Assembly (NCBI GenBank): GCA_944358415.1
Contig: CALVRA010000003.1
Span: 17,790 to 81,789 of the forward strand
DNA length: 64,000 nucleotides
Origin: an uncultured Bacilli bacterium
GTDB taxonomy: Bacteria > Bacillota_I > Bacilli_A > RF39 > UBA660
Reading direction: 5' to 3'
Below the pieces are notes generated by a model. The model did not search any database, was not told where the DNA came from, and saw only the letters and a program-made list of their open reading frames with translations. Every line of letters starts with the position of its first letter. Position 1 is the stretch's first letter. Positions 62,105 to 64,000 of the stretch are shown in pieces. The position numbers and the translations under genes were made by a program.

Positions 62105-63433
62105 TTAATTTTTTTGTGTTTTTTTCCAAGCTTTTATTTTATCTAATCTTTCTTTAAATCTAACTTCATTACCTTGAATACTAGGTTTATAATACTCTTT
62201 TCCTTTTAATGATTTTGGAAGACATTCCATGGGTGTTAATTTTTCTTTAGTATCATGAGCAAACTGGTAACCTTTACCATAGTTTAAGTCTTTCATTAAT
62301 TTTGTTGGAGCATTTCTAATAATAAGTGGGACAGGTTCAGCTAAGGTATTTTTGGCATCATAACTAGCTAACCTATAAGCTATATCACATGAATTTGACT
62401 TAGGTGCGAGAGACATATAAATGACAGCTTCGGTTAGGTGTACATTACATTCGGGTATACCAATGTAGTGACATGCCTTATAAACATTTATGGCAACATT
62501 TAGGGCGTTTGTATCAGCTAGTCCGATATCTTCTGAGGCAAATCTTGTGATTCTTCTTGCAATATATAATGGATTTTCTCCAGCTTCAAGCATTCTAGCA
62601 AGCCAATAGACTGCGGCATCAGGGTCGGAGTTTCTCATTGATTTATGAAGCGCGGATATTATGTTATAGTGCTCTTCTCCATTTTTATCATAGAGCATTG
62701 TTTTTTTGTTTAAAAGATTTTCTAAAGTTTCTTTAGTTATATTTATCTGGCCGTTTGTATCTTCAGAATTTGTTATAACCATTTCTAAGGTTGTCAAAGC
62801 ACTTCTGGCATCACCATTAGCTAAATTAGCTATTATCTTTAATGTTTCATCTTTGATAATTATATTTTTATTTTTATAACCTCGTTTATCAGTTAAAGCT
62901 CTTTTTAATAAATCTATGATGTCTTTTTCCTCTAATGACTTTAAAACGAATACTCTACATCTTGATAAAAGTGCATTATTGATTTCAAAAGAGGGGTTCT
63001 CAGTGGTGGCTCCAATTAATATTATTGATCCTTTTTCAACAAAGGGCAAAAATGCGTCTTGCTGGGCTTTATTAAATCTATGAATTTCATCGATGAAAAC
63101 AATGGTTTTGATGCCCAAAGTTTTACTATTTTCGGCTTCTTCCATGACTTTTTTGATTTCTTTGATGCCAGATGTTACAGCTGAGAAGGTTATAAATTTT
63201 GATTTGGTTTCATGAGCAATTATTCTAGCTAGAGTAGTTTTACCAACTCCTGGTGGGCCCCAAAAAATCATGGAAGAAATGTTATCTGTTTCAATCATTT
63301 TTCTTAATATTTTACCGTTGCCAATTAAGTGATTTTGGCCAACAAATTCGGTTAAATTTGTTGGACGCATTCTATAAGCAAGGGGCTCTGCTTCAAATTT
63401 TTCAAACAATGAGCTTTGGTACATGTCCATCAC
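62105..63433 (-). CDS. rarA: replication-associated recombination protein A (RarA/MgsA)
   Basis: AAA+ GPPGVGKTT and FIDEIHRFNK, plus a MgsA C-terminal domain (HYNIISALHKSMRNSDPDAAVYWLARML). Confidence 0.93.
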   Translation of the reverse strand: MMDMYQSSLFEKFEAEPLAYRMRPTNLTEFVGQNHLIGNGKILRKMIETDNISSMIFWGPPGVGKTTLARIIAHETKSKFITFSAVTSGIKEIKKVMEEAENSKTLGIKTIVFIDEIHRFNKAQQDAFLPFVEKGSIILIGATTENPSFEINNALLSRCRVFVLKSLEEKDIIDLLKRALTDKRGYKNKNIIIKDETLKIIANLANGDARSALTTLEMVITNSEDTNGQINITKETLENLLNKKTMLYDKNGEEHYNIISALHKSMRNSDPDAAVYWLARMLEAGENPLYIARRITRFASEDIGLADTNALNVAINVYKACHYIGIPECNVHLTEAVIYMSLAPKSNSCDIAYRLASYDAKNTLAEPVPLIIRNAPTKLMKDLNYGKGYQFAHDTKEKLTPMECLPKSLKGKEYYKPSIQGNEVRFKERLDKIKAWKKTQKN

Positions 63434-63468
63434 CTCTAGTAAAATTATATACTAGCTTTTGTTTATCT

Positions 63469-63684
63469 TCAAGTTTTATGATTGATATATGGATTAATAA
63501 AATTGTGTTTTTGCTTTTGACAATATTTTTTATCATTCAATTTATTAATTTCATTTATTTTTTCTTGGTATTCTTTTAAAGCATTAAATGGAGCAAACTG
63601 AGCGGAACGATTTTTAATAGACATGGGTTTTCTTTTAATAGATACATGATGAGGAAGGTTTATAATATCTTCATAATTAAGCAC
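63469..63684 (-). CDS. YolD-like small protein (UmuD-analog associated with Y-family polymerases)
   Basis: RSAQFAPFNALKEY motif. It overlaps the upstream polymerase gene by 8 nt. Confidence 0.55.
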   Translation of the reverse strand: MLNYEDIINLPHHVSIKRKPMSIKNRSAQFAPFNALKEYQEKINEINKLNDKKYCQKQKHNFINPYINHKT

Positions 63685-64000
63685 GGTGTCCTCCTATTTG
63701 TTTATTTCGTTTTTTTGTGGTAGCATGTTTTTCTAAGTTCATTAGTTTTAAGATGGCATTTTTGCCATATTTTTCTTTAATTATAAGAATGACTCTTTGA
63801 AGCTTCCTTTCTTTTATTTCTTCTACTTTGTCTTTTTCTAAAGATTTATTTTGTTCTTCTATATTAGAAAATAGAGTAAGTTGTTGATATCTTAGTTTAT
63901 GATTTTCTAATTCTTCATTTGTTATATCGATGGCAGTTAAATTAACTTTTTTGATTAATAGTTTTGGGTTGATGATTTTATCATACAATTTGACTATGGC
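63677..64000 (-). CDS. Y-family DNA polymerase (UvrX/YqjW/UmuC-like), C-terminal part; the gene continues beyond the window
   Basis: C-terminus KEKYGKNAILKLMNLEKHATTKKRNKQIGGHRA is the characteristic tail of Firmicute UmuC-like polymerases. The frame stays open to position 64000. Confidence 0.65.
   Translation of the reverse strand, partial: AIVKLYDKIINPKLLIKKVNLTAIDITNEELENHKLRYQQLTLFSNIEEQNKSLEKDKVEEIKERKLQRVILIIKEKYGKNAILKLMNLEKHATTKKRNKQIGGHRA

Noticed and set aside
1-64000. CRISPR arrays, rRNA genes, IS elements or transposases
   Set aside because: Reading through the intergenic regions found no regularly spaced direct repeats, no rRNA-like conserved blocks and no transposase-like ORFs. 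The only recombinases are the two tyrosine integrases.

Overview
This is a very AT-rich window from a spore-forming, low-GC Bacillota-type chromosome (sigK, yqfC/yqfD and spoVS are present). All family calls come from reading motifs by eye in the supplied translations. No searches were run.

Coordinates 1-23 kb hold a conserved minus-strand housekeeping block. It runs PadR/HAAS pair, sigK, ileS, ddl, murF, hydrolase, divIVA, sepF, amidase, glyQS with a T-box leader, recO, a yqzL-like micro-ORF, era, dgkA, ybeY, VanZ, yqfD, yqfC, SPFH/NfeD and DUF1292. The order is syntenic with the B. subtilis yqf-era-recO-gly region.

Coordinates 24.1-52.5 kb hold two tandem islands of about 16.2 kb and 12.2 kb, each carrying a tyrosine integrase. 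Three direct copies of the 10-bp core CTTCAGGGGG bound them. Each end has GTACCTAA-type arm repeats, and each island supplies its own replacement terminator hairpin. Neither island has phage structural genes. Both share one layout: att, an uncharacterised accessory operon, a Type I R-M system, a replication/regulation module, the integrase, then att.

The best candidates for undescribed systems are the accessory operons:
- In island A, a three-gene operon: an unknown 454-aa protein, a compact OLD-family ABC-ATPase/Toprim nuclease, and a small membrane protein.
- In island B, a two-gene pair in which both proteins carry an R-x4-H HEPN-like motif.
- In island A, an AbiEi/AbiEii pair co-transcribed with two unknown membrane proteins.

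Coordinates 52.5-64 kb return to core genes: recG, pdp, three XRE regulators, a tail-less SSB, sufU-sufB, spoVS, rarA, a YolD-like gene and a partial Y-family polymerase.

Two small-RNA-like units flank recG. They carry a perfectly complementary 13-mer that coincides with the island att core.
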